59,085 nucleotides of DNA. Origin: a bacterium (GTDB lineage: Bacteria > Patescibacteriota > Minisyncoccia > UBA6257 > GWB1-50-10). Shown here one piece after another: positions 1 to 8,729 of the stretch (position 1 is its first letter; every line of letters starts with the position of its first letter). A program made the translations under genes and the position numbers. The notes under the pieces were generated by a model, which worked only from the letters and a program-made list of their open reading frames with translations, searched no databases and had not been told where the DNA came from. The DNA lies in contig JAKAHD010000005.1 in NCBI GenBank assembly GCA_021815205.1, positions 1 through 59,085 of the forward strand. Reading direction: 5' to 3'.

Positions 1-127
1 GGCGCCTGGCAGGATGTGGGTGTATTGCATACCCACACCATACCGCGCCCCTCCCCTATTTGAAAATCGTTTTGAGCATCTCATCTGACACGTCTGAGGT
101 GTCAGCGATGTATCTCATCTTTTGCAG
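1..127. repeat. Terminal inverted repeat, left copy (127 bp, perfect)
   Basis: nt 1-127 are the exact reverse complement of 58959-59085. Identity ends after CATCTTTTGCAG. Two internal hairpins are present (GTGGGT/ACCCAC, CTGACAC/GTGTCAG). Confidence 0.95.
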
Positions 128-1947
128 TTGCCGGTTACACGCGACTCTCGACCTAAAATCGCACGTTCATTTGTTGCCTTGTTTTTATACCATCCCCGTC
201 CGGCACTTTCAAAAACCTTATCGGGAAATCCTTTGGCGATTGCTTGGCAAAGAATTTCCGGGGCTGGTTTGTCCTTATTCACTTTATATCCCAATCTTTT
301 TACCTGTTCCATAAGTTGCGAATAATTTTGCCGCACCTCGCGCAAGGCCAACCAAGAAACATAATTGTCGCGACACCATTTGGAATCAAAATTTGCTCGT
401 TCGGCCTGCTCATAGACATTCACTAAGTTCAAGAGATCGGAAAGATTGGAAGTTTCAAATTGCTTTCGCGCTGCGTCCGCTTGTTCAACCTCGGCTTGCG
501 GACGATAAAACAGCCGACGACTTATGCGTATAGCCGCGACAATTGCCATTTCTCTACCGCAACCCATTTCGCAACCGCGTAGAAGCATTGTCCCTTCGCG
601 CGGGTCGCACGACAACTCCGCAAGTTTTTGTCCAAACTCCGAAAGCTTTGTTTCCTCTTCTGGATTGAGTGCGCCGAGCAAGCGGAGTTGATTTTTGGCG
701 GTTTTCCAATTTTGCTTTTCCGGTGAGTCAATCAGGCGGATTGGGTCACCTTCGCGCGAATAACCCATTGCCTTAATTTGCAAAACCACTTCCCGCAATG
801 AGGTGCGCATGATTTCCGGCTTGGTTGAAGCAGAGCGGCGATTAAATTCGTCTTGCGTTATCAAAAAGTAGCATTCGCCCGGCTGAGTGCGTCCGGCGCG
901 GCCTTGTCGTTGACGCAAAGAATCTTGCGCCGTGGAAGTTACCACCAATTTTGTTGTATCCGCCACCGGATCATACTCATTCATTCTCACCAAACCGGAA
1001 TCAATGACATAGCGCACACCGTCAATAGTCAACCCGCGCTCGGCGATGTTGGTGGAAACAATAATTTTTCTGCCAAGTTGTTCCTCAAAAATTCTGTGGC
1101 GTTCCTGCGGTGAAAGTTCGCTGTGCAAGGGCAAAATTGTTGCGCCGGTAATTTTCTGTTTCATCATCTCGTCAATAGTCGCGTTGATTTCCTGTTTGCC
1201 GGGCATAAAAATCAACACGTCGCCCCCTTGGTGTTCTTGGTGAATTGACACAGCCAGTTCAGCGGCTTTCTCTGGCATTCGTCTTGGGTCAACTCTCTCG
1301 CTGGAAAAATGGACCTCAACCGGATACGGCCTGCCCTTGACTTCAACAATCGGCGCGCCGCCAAAGTGATCGGAAAATTTTTGCGCGTTGAGTGTGGCGG
1401 ACATCAGGCCAAATTTTACTTCGCTTCCTTGATCTTGCGCCTTTTCCACGAGAGCCAAACCAATATCCGAGAGTAAGTACCGCTCGTCAAATTCATCAAA
1501 AAGTACAACCGAAGCCTGCTCCATTTTTGGATCGTCGCGAATAATGTTTTTGAAAACACCGCTGGTCATAAAGACAATCCGGGAATCCCTATCCGATTTC
1601 TTTTCCGGGCCAGTGAGATATCCAACTTCTTGACCAACCCTAACTTTCATTTCTTCTGCCACGCGTTTGGCAATTTCCACGGCCACGGCCACGCGGTTTT
1701 CCACCACAAAAATTTTCCCTCGTTCGGCGAAACCCTCGGCCCATAATGCCTGCGGCACTTGGGTTGTTTTACCGCTCCCAGTTTCGGAAACCAAAATTAA
1801 GCGGTTATTATTCCGCAGTGTCTCCACGACTTCCGGCATTTTTTCCCAAATCGGCAGTTCGCGATTGCCAATTTCGCGCTCTACTCTTTGCTCAACTGGT
1901 TTTGATTGTTCTTGCGGCGGTAACTCACCGCCCCTTTCTGACATCAT
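115..1947 (-). CDS. DEAH/HrpA-HrpB-like ATP-dependent helicase
   Basis: Motifs GSGKTTQVPQ, FDEFDER, SATL, FMPG, TNIAERGLTIDGVRYVIDSG and QRQGRAGR. The ORF is open to 1998, but the ATG-ATG at 1947 avoids overlap with the upstream gene. The last 13 nt lie in the terminal repeat. Confidence 0.85.
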   Translation of the reverse strand: MMSERGGELPPQEQSKPVEQRVEREIGNRELPIWEKMPEVVETLRNNNRLILVSETGSGKTTQVPQALWAEGFAERGKIFVVENRVAVAVEIAKRVAEEMKVRVGQEVGYLTGPEKKSDRDSRIVFMTSGVFKNIIRDDPKMEQASVVLFDEFDERYLLSDIGLALVEKAQDQGSEVKFGLMSATLNAQKFSDHFGGAPIVEVKGRPYPVEVHFSSERVDPRRMPEKAAELAVSIHQEHQGGDVLIFMPGKQEINATIDEMMKQKITGATILPLHSELSPQERHRIFEEQLGRKIIVSTNIAERGLTIDGVRYVIDSGLVRMNEYDPVADTTKLVVTSTAQDSLRQRQGRAGRTQPGECYFLITQDEFNRRSASTKPEIMRTSLREVVLQIKAMGYSREGDPIRLIDSPEKQNWKTAKNQLRLLGALNPEEETKLSEFGQKLAELSCDPREGTMLLRGCEMGCGREMAIVAAIRISRRLFYRPQAEVEQADAARKQFETSNLSDLLNLVNVYEQAERANFDSKWCRDNYVSWLALREVRQNYSQLMEQVKRLGYKVNKDKPAPEILCQAIAKGFPDKVFESAGRGWYKNKATNERAILGRESRVTGNCKR

Positions 1948-1951
1948 AAAG

Positions 1952-2647
1952 TTAAACTTCCGGTTGGGGCTTGGAAATAACATTTTCCAGATTATCATCC
2001 CAAAACATTTTTTTAGCTTCTTCTAAAACTTCCGGTTTTCCGACAATTTTACCTGTTTCGTCCCAATACTGTTGCAAATACAACCACCTCGTCATCGCGT
2101 AAAATTGCTCTTTAACTTTTTTGTATTGCTTTTTATCCTCTTTGGTTTGGTCTTTGAACACCACATATTCATCAAGCAATTCTTGGGGAAAGGTGTTTTG
2201 GAACTTCGCAAAGCCAATGTATCCTTCGGCCGGCCTGACGCTCGTTTCTATCTCTATATCGCCCTCGATTCCTTCTTTTTTAAATTCAAGCTGGTGCATT
2301 ACCGCAAATTTTTCGTTTCCCGGCGATCCAACAGGTCTCACTTTTTGAAAAGGTATAATGGAATTTATGGCGTGAGAAATTTCTCTGATTTTTTCTTCTG
2401 TTACAAATTCTTCCGGCAACAAAATTCGTAAATCAATGTCGTTGTGTCCGCGTAAAGCAGTGTTGGAATTTAAAGAACCGCCCAAATCAACAATACTGCC
2501 CTCTGGCAGCAATTCTCTTAATTTCTCGGAGTATTCATCAGCCAATTCACGCAATTCTGCTTGATACGGATTCCTCGCTCTTTCAGCAAGAGTATGCAAA
2601 TCCGGCTTTTGCTCAATTGGTGGTGTAATTTTTTCTTGGTCGCTCAT
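1952..2647 (-). CDS. Pol-beta-fold nucleotidyltransferase domain protein
   Basis: DLGGSLNSNTALRGHNDIDLRILLP fits the G-[GS]-x(9-13)-D-x-D nucleotidyltransferase signature. The rest is unassigned. Confidence 0.6.
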   Translation of the reverse strand: MSDQEKITPPIEQKPDLHTLAERARNPYQAELRELADEYSEKLRELLPEGSIVDLGGSLNSNTALRGHNDIDLRILLPEEFVTEEKIREISHAINSIIPFQKVRPVGSPGNEKFAVMHQLEFKKEGIEGDIEIETSVRPAEGYIGFAKFQNTFPQELLDEYVVFKDQTKEDKKQYKKVKEQFYAMTRWLYLQQYWDETGKIVGKPEVLEEAKKMFWDDNLENVISKPQPEV

Positions 2648-2648
2648 G

Positions 2649-3056
2649 TTAAAAATTATCCATTATATTACCCAAATCATGCACAGCAATTTTCTCCTTG
2701 ATTTCATCTGGTAGTTTCTCAATAATTTTTGTAGCGTTTGAGGACATTACATCCATTCTTATCTTATCAAATCCACGCTCAATACATCTTTCTATTGCTC
2801 GTCTCAGAATCTGTCCGCCATATCCTTGCCCTCGATGTTCTGGTACCACATACAAGTCAACGATAGTTGGTTGACCAGAATGTTGTTCTCCTTCTGGGGC
2901 GATCGTTGCTACACCAACAAGTTTTGCTTCCTTTTCCATTATCACTCCTTCATCACAACAAGAAATTCTGTCACCGGACAGCAAAATCCCCACAGCAATG
3001 TTTGGTTTTTTATGCAACCGACCAATTTTCTCAATCAAAATACTACGCGGGACCAC
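2649..3056 (-). CDS. GNAT family N-acetyltransferase
   Basis: VVPEHRGQGYGGQILRRAIE matches acetyl-CoA binding motif A. GTG start. The stop is 2 nt from the next gene. Confidence 0.75.
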   Translation of the reverse strand: MVPRSILIEKIGRLHKKPNIAVGILLSGDRISCCDEGVIMEKEAKLVGVATIAPEGEQHSGQPTIVDLYVVPEHRGQGYGGQILRRAIERCIERGFDKIRMDVMSSNATKIIEKLPDEIKEKIAVHDLGNIMDNF

Positions 3057-3083
3057 TTTGTTGGTTTCTCTATTTCACTCATA

Positions 3084-5054
3084 TTATTTTTTTCTTGTTT
3101 CCACCGCTTCGCTCACAAACATCGCGGTGGTAAAAATCGCCGGATTGTATTTTTTCTCGGCTTTGCTCCGGTCAAGATTGGTAATAATCCCAGTTTTCTC
3201 GCCGGTTGCCGTTTCCTGCACATTGCCCTCTAAAATACTCTGATACATCCCAATGATTTGAATTGGCTTATTTCGTTGAATCCGCACGCCGGTTTCAGTG
3301 TCAATGCCAGTTTCTATCAATCTTTTCCATTCTGCCGCGCCCTGCGGATTATTAGAAACGATGACCACAGCGTCCGTTCCTTCCAAAATCCTCGCGTTCT
3401 CAGCAGTGAGGCGGGTGATTTTAACGATTTTACCCCGCTCGTCTTTTTTGATTTTACCGCCGCCGATGTCGCCAATAATAAAGTCAGTTTTTTCATCTTG
3501 GGCGGCAGCCATCAGTTCCTGTTTTGCTTCTTCAGCAAGGTCAAGCGACCATGACCGCTTCATTGAACGTCTTTTTTCTGCCGCTTCTTCAAGCTTCTTT
3601 TTTGCCTCATCTAATTTTTCTTGGGATAGTTTTCCTTGCGAGAAAAGCAATTCAGCTTCTTTGGCGGTGATCTCTGCATCCAAGTACCACTGGGGCGTTG
3701 GCGCGGCCTTGTCCAAATCAAGATGAGCCACCCGAACGCCAAGATTTTTTAACGCTTCCCGAAAAATCGTGGAATAAACCGACTTGCCGGAATTGGGATC
3801 GCCGCATATTACCACTGACCGCACCTTTGAAAAATCCGGCATTTCTTTTCCCGCAAATACTTCCACCAGCTCTGCGGCGATCTTTGCGGTTTCTCTATCA
3901 TTAACCGGTAATCTGATTGTCTTAGCGTTCTTTGCCCCATACATTCTGTATTGCTCAACAAATTCTGCTCCGAAATGATGAGTGATCATTTCTTCAACCG
4001 ACGACAAATCTTCTCGCGTCCAGTGTCTGATTACCGTTACCACATCAGCCGGTTCGCGACCCATTTTAATGTCGCCGAGTTCCCGCAACACGCCGATAGC
4101 ATAAGGCGTTTTTTCGACGCCCGCATTTTCTATCGCCATTTCCATTAACTTCAACACGCCGAGTTTACTCGTTAAATCTTGGGTATCAACAATGGCAATT
4201 TGACCAAAACCGCCGGCAGTTGGGATTTCTACCCTACTCATTCGTTCGGCCTCTTGTTTGAAATAATCCCAATCCTCGGCTTTTAGTCGTCTAACCGTTT
4301 CCTCAAGCCGCGCCTGTGTTCTCTCTTCCCACGCGCGGAGTTTTTCCTGATAGTCCAACTTTTCTTCATCAGTTGGATTTTTGGAGAGTTTTGGCCGTTC
4401 ATCATCTGGATCGGGGCGCACAGCCGCGTCAAGCCCCCTTGCCAAAAACATTTCTTCGTCTGTCACCGGCAAGACCGCAGAATCGCGATCGCAAATCGCT
4501 CCAATGCGAGCGATTTTCGTTTTTTCGTTACCGAGCTTGCACGCTTCAGCAATCGAAACTTTCTTAATTAAAACAGAATCGCGAGACGTGCTGAACTGGG
4601 TTGTGCTGTGATGGTCGAGGTAAAAAGTCGAGTGTTCTACTTCTGGTAATCCTCTTTTCTGGCGGCTTTCTCTTATTCTCTCATCAAGTTGTGCGATTGC
4701 TTTTTCGGAGTTTGGCAAATCCCTAAAATCAAGCGGAATGTCTGATATCACTACCCGATCATATCCCTCGACATCTAATTCAGGTATTGTTTTTGCATAA
4801 AATGCGCCGGGGTGTGTCGCGCCTTTGCCTTCGCGAATGACGGGCGAGCCGACATAGATAACCGCTTCCGCACCCCTTTTTTCGAGATATTGAGCCGAGG
4901 AGACCGCCATACTGACTCCATGAGCATCAGGCCCGCCAATCACCAAAACTTTTTGCCCCTCGAAATTTTCCTTGTCTTCAGGGCACTCTATATCTTCCCA
5001 TCTCTCAACCTCCTTCGCTGGCGGTGTAAATGGTTCAGGGTGTTTTTCGCTCAT
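3084..5054 (-). CDS. Fusion protein: DHH-like phosphoesterase N-domain plus P-loop NTPase C-domain (Clp1/Grc3-kinase-like; tentative)
   Basis: N-terminal half has VISDIP...FYLDHHS (DHH motif). C-terminal half has Walker A VVICGDPNSGKS followed by AHLDLDKAAPTPQW. An ATG at 5054 is preceded by AAGGAG. The ORF track extends to 5090. Confidence 0.55.
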   Translation of the reverse strand: MSEKHPEPFTPPAKEVERWEDIECPEDKENFEGQKVLVIGGPDAHGVSMAVSSAQYLEKRGAEAVIYVGSPVIREGKGATHPGAFYAKTIPELDVEGYDRVVISDIPLDFRDLPNSEKAIAQLDERIRESRQKRGLPEVEHSTFYLDHHSTTQFSTSRDSVLIKKVSIAEACKLGNEKTKIARIGAICDRDSAVLPVTDEEMFLARGLDAAVRPDPDDERPKLSKNPTDEEKLDYQEKLRAWEERTQARLEETVRRLKAEDWDYFKQEAERMSRVEIPTAGGFGQIAIVDTQDLTSKLGVLKLMEMAIENAGVEKTPYAIGVLRELGDIKMGREPADVVTVIRHWTREDLSSVEEMITHHFGAEFVEQYRMYGAKNAKTIRLPVNDRETAKIAAELVEVFAGKEMPDFSKVRSVVICGDPNSGKSVYSTIFREALKNLGVRVAHLDLDKAAPTPQWYLDAEITAKEAELLFSQGKLSQEKLDEAKKKLEEAAEKRRSMKRSWSLDLAEEAKQELMAAAQDEKTDFIIGDIGGGKIKKDERGKIVKITRLTAENARILEGTDAVVIVSNNPQGAAEWKRLIETGIDTETGVRIQRNKPIQIIGMYQSILEGNVQETATGEKTGIITNLDRSKAEKKYNPAIFTTAMFVSEAVETRKK

Positions 5055-5406
5055 ATTTTTACTCCTTGATATTCCTGTTTTTCCCCTCAATCTTTTCCCC
5101 GTTTAAGAAGTACTCCCGCATATCTTAAGATTGTAGAATAGTTTTTGATAAATAAAAACTCTTGTTTTTACCTAAGAATAATGAAGCGGCAACCTCATGA
5201 TGAAGCGCCGCTCATAATCTAGATCATTTCAACAACTCCTAGTCGCATTTAAATTTTTTGCGATCCATGAAAAACCCATAAAAAATGAAGATACCCAGAA
5301 TGAATGAGGCACACAAGAACCTCACACCAGCGACAGCAAAAGAAGAACTAAGCAATCAGCTCTTCTTTCTTTTCAGTCGTGGTGATCGCGGGACACATAC
5401 AGGGAA

Positions 5407-6066
5407 TCATTGCGCGTTATTGTTCGGAGTTATCTCGAAGAAAGTTCCAGCAAAACTCTTCTTTATCTTATCGCGGAAAACAGGGTCCTCCATTTTTTGG
5501 ATATCTTCCGGTCCGAGTTCCGGACGCAACGAGTTTGCGATCCATTCATCATAAGAATCGACAATCAGTTTTTTCCCCGGAAGTAAGACTTCATTGATAT
5601 CACGGATGTTATTGATGCGCGCGAGGTGGCGGGCCTTTTCGAATGTCCATTTATCACCAAAGAAACTTGGTTTTGCTTCAGCGGGGGCACCCGTTTCTTC
5701 GCGGAGTATCCCAGTTGCTAATTCCTTGAGTGAAGAGTTTTCCGAGAGAGTAAGCTCTCTCGATCCTTCTTGCGGTTTGTCGATTTCGACGCCAAGGCGG
5801 TGTAGTTCGTCGGTAAGATCCTCGGCGGCCTCTATAGAGGGATTCAAATAGAATTCGGAAAGAAATTCAACGGTATCCTTTGGATGATAAGAAAGTTCAG
5901 TGGTTACCCCCTTCTCGACATAAAGACCCATAAGCGCCGCCAGTGCATAGGTGCGCATTTTTTTGAGCTGCGGGAGAATTCGTTCTTTGAGATATTCTCC
6001 CAGTGTTTCATCCCTCTTCTCCCGCTCCGCGGAGGCATTTTTTTCAAATATTTCCATAAAGTGCAA
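5407..6066 (-). CDS. Hypothetical protein
   Basis: A 219-aa ORF with no strong motif. It has a weak LysM-like stretch (ARINNIRDINEVLLPGKKLIV). Confidence 0.55.
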   Translation of the reverse strand: MHFMEIFEKNASAEREKRDETLGEYLKERILPQLKKMRTYALAALMGLYVEKGVTTELSYHPKDTVEFLSEFYLNPSIEAAEDLTDELHRLGVEIDKPQEGSRELTLSENSSLKELATGILREETGAPAEAKPSFFGDKWTFEKARHLARINNIRDINEVLLPGKKLIVDSYDEWIANSLRPELGPEDIQKMEDPVFRDKIKKSFAGTFFEITPNNNAQ

Positions 6067-6426
6067 TATTCACGAAATGAGCGACCTTTTCTATTCTTTA
6101 TTATAATAAAAGGCCGCATCTAGAAGCTAGATGCAGAAAGATTTACTCATGGAAAACTTTTTTACTTCATCTTTGAATGAAGTAAAATTTTTTTCCGAAG
6201 AAGATACTATAATGAGGTATCTTCGTTCCCAAGTGCTTATCGCTTCTTGGGAGAATAAAGAGTCCCCCTTTTGAATTTCCCCGACCATTATTGGTCGGGC
6301 CAATATTCCTCTACCAACATTTTCATCAAATGCTGGCAGTAGAAAATTATCCACGTACCCCTACTCCCAAAAACCGCATGAATACTGTATAGTTGAGATG
6401 CTGATTCATACAGATATGACCAATCC

Positions 6427-8097
6427 ATGCTAAAAGTTAGGGGGAAGAAAGTGCTCATTATGGGGCTTGGGACCTTGGGGGGAGGGATCGCGAGCGCGAA
6501 GTGGTTTCTCTCGCACGGCGCGAAGGTGACGGTAACGGATCTCCGCACGGAGAGGGAGCTTAAAAGTTCAATAGGAGAATTTCATCTCTCAAAAAAGAAG
6601 GTTGTTGGAAAGGGTGTTATGACGCGTCATAACACCCGCGGGAAGACGGTGCGTTTTGTGCTGGGGCGGCACAGGGCGGAGGATTTTAAGGAGAACGATA
6701 TTATTGTCGTGAATCCCGCGGTGCCGCGGGAGAGCCCGTATCTTGCAATCGCAAAAAAAGCAGGAAAGACGATCGTGAATGACGCAAAGATATTTTTCGA
6801 CGCGGTACCCAACCCGATCATTGCGGTTACGGGCACCCGCGGGAAGACGACCACCACGAACTGGATCGCGCATTTTCTGAAATCAAGACACAAAAACTCA
6901 ATCGCGGGAGGAAATTCTTCACGTGTCGCGCTTCTCTCGGTTATCGGAAAATTATCCTCCGGAGGAGGATCCGCCTTTGACGGAAAAGACAAAAAAACGC
7001 CCGTAGTTCTGGAACTTTCTTCCTGGCAGCTTGAGCTTCTCGATGAGGCGCGCAGGGGCCCGGACGTCGCGGTGATCACCAACATCTTCCCCGATCACCT
7101 GAATCGTTATACGAACGTGCGGGATTATGCTTCCGCGAAGGCGAATATTTTTTCGAGACAGACGCCATCGCAAAAACTTATTTTGAACCTTGATAATCCG
7201 TGGACGAAGTTCTTTCTCTCCAAGAGACCGAAATCGGAAAAATATTTCATTTCGTTTAAGAAACTTCCTACGGGCCGTAACGGCCTCTGCGTTCTTCCCG
7301 CCATTCCAAGCCGCCATGAGGCGATAAAGAATATGGGGATCGGCGCATCAAAAGGCGGGACGGAGAAGGTGCTATGCTATAGCATAGCACCTCAGGAAGA
7401 GATCGCGTTCGTGTATCGCGGGAAAACACGGCAAGTGTTTTCTTCAAAAATGGTGCGAAAAATAAAGACGCTGGGGGAGCATAATATGTACAACTTCCTC
7501 GCCGCCGCACTTGCCGCGCATCTTATGGGAATCTCGTGGGGAGCGATCGAGAAACGTGTGGAAACATTGCCGCAGATTCCCTTGCGGCAGGAAGTCATTC
7601 TCCGCGGAAAGAATCTCCTTGTGGTGAACGATTCGGCGGGCACGTCTCCCGACGCGACGATCGCGGCAATCCGCCGTTTCAAGAATCAAGGGAACATAAT
7701 TCTCATCACAGGCGGGACGGACAAGAATCTCGAATTTAAAGGCCTCGCGCGAGAGATACAAGAGAGCATCGCGCCGGAACACCTCTTCCTTCTGGATGGG
7801 TCGGCGACAAAGAAATTAATCTCGGAATTAAAGAGAGTTAGGTATTTCAAAAATACAAAACCCCGCCTTTTTGAGTCGTTGCAGGAAATAATGCAATCGC
7901 TACGAAATATGAATTTAGTACGAATATACGAAAACGCCGTCGTGCTGTTCTCTCCGGGGGCGGCGAGCTTCGAAAAATTCAAAAACGAATTCGATCGCGG
8001 GGAACAGTTTAATACGCTCATCAAAAGATACGGGAGTGAACTCGCAGGAGGGCTGACTTTCTTACGCTTATCGGGGTCGAAAGAGCACTGGCGGTGA
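6427..8097 (+). CDS. murD: UDP-N-acetylmuramoylalanine--D-glutamate ligase, with insertions
   Basis: VLIMGLGTLGGGIASAKWFLSHGAKVTVTD (Rossmann fold), IIAVTGTRGKTTTT (P-loop) and NIFPDHLNRY. About 100 aa longer than typical MurD. Confidence 0.85.
   Translation: MLKVRGKKVLIMGLGTLGGGIASAKWFLSHGAKVTVTDLRTERELKSSIGEFHLSKKKVVGKGVMTRHNTRGKTVRFVLGRHRAEDFKENDIIVVNPAVPRESPYLAIAKKAGKTIVNDAKIFFDAVPNPIIAVTGTRGKTTTTNWIAHFLKSRHKNSIAGGNSSRVALLSVIGKLSSGGGSAFDGKDKKTPVVLELSSWQLELLDEARRGPDVAVITNIFPDHLNRYTNVRDYASAKANIFSRQTPSQKLILNLDNPWTKFFLSKRPKSEKYFISFKKLPTGRNGLCVLPAIPSRHEAIKNMGIGASKGGTEKVLCYSIAPQEEIAFVYRGKTRQVFSSKMVRKIKTLGEHNMYNFLAAALAAHLMGISWGAIEKRVETLPQIPLRQEVILRGKNLLVVNDSAGTSPDATIAAIRRFKNQGNIILITGGTDKNLEFKGLAREIQESIAPEHLFLLDGSATKKLISELKRVRYFKNTKPRLFESLQEIMQSLRNMNLVRIYENAVVLFSPGAASFEKFKNEFDRGEQFNTLIKRYGSELAGGLTFLRLSGSKEHWR
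6612..6637. repeat. 26-nt perfect palindrome inside the murD CDS
   Basis: GGGTGTTATGACG|CGTCATAACACCC, in frame (GVMTRHNT). Confidence 0.9.
7367..7392. repeat. 26-nt perfect palindrome inside the murD CDS
   Basis: AGGTGCTATGCTA|TAGCATAGCACCT, in frame (VLCYSIAP). It shares the 18-nt core GCTATGCTATAGCATAGC with 26823-26850. Confidence 0.9.
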
Positions 8098-8127
8098 ACA
8101 TAGAACTCATCTCAAAACTCCCAAAGC

Positions 8128-8227
8128 GTCATTCTGATCCCGAATCGCACCAAAGGAGAAGCACCTTAATGACGGCATACGCTAAGAAACGGGAGATCCT
8201 TCTCTCCCTACGGGAGATCAGAATGGC
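8128..8227. repeat. GTCATTCTGATC-type palindromic mini-element
   Basis: Termini GTCATTCTGATC ... GATCAGAATGGC. Internal hairpin TCTCCCTACGGGAGA. Intergenic. Confidence 0.8.
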
Positions 8228-8248
8228 AAAATGTTTTTCAGATAGGTT

Positions 8249-8713
8249 CTAGTCCGCCGCTTTTACCTTCAGTTTCTTCATCTTGTGCCGGTTCATGCGC
8301 GGCATGCGTACGGTAAGAATGCCGTTCTTCAGGGTCGCCACGGACTCTTCGGGATCTACTTCGTGCGGAAGGATAATGGAGCGGGAAAAGGTGCCCCAAA
8401 AAAGTTCCTGGTAGAAGTAATCTTTTTCCTGAATCTGCTTCTTCCGTTCGCGCGTGCCGCGAATCGTCACGGATTCGGTTGTGATGTTCACCTCGAGATC
8501 GTTGTCATCGACGCCCGCGACGGTCGATTCTACAACAAGATAGTCCCCGTCCTCATACACATCGACCGTGAGCGTGCCTTCGCCCTCTTCCGGATTTGTT
8601 TCCGTAAGGTCCTTGTCGGTCACCTTAAGCGGTGTTGGTTCGCTCTTCACTTTTGCGAGCTCGACGAAGATATCTTTTCTTTCTTCGTGTTCCATATGTT
8701 TCAATTGTAGCAC
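8249..8713 (-). CDS. Hsp20/alpha-crystallin small heat-shock protein
   Basis: LTVDVYEDGDYLVVESTVAGV...FSRSIILPHEVDPEESVATLKNGILTVRMP is a typical ACD domain. The start could instead be the ATG at 8695. Confidence 0.85.
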   Translation of the reverse strand: MLQLKHMEHEERKDIFVELAKVKSEPTPLKVTDKDLTETNPEEGEGTLTVDVYEDGDYLVVESTVAGVDDNDLEVNITTESVTIRGTRERKKQIQEKDYFYQELFWGTFSRSIILPHEVDPEESVATLKNGILTVRMPRMNRHKMKKLKVKAAD

Positions 8714-8729
8714 ATTCCCGCGTCTCTCT

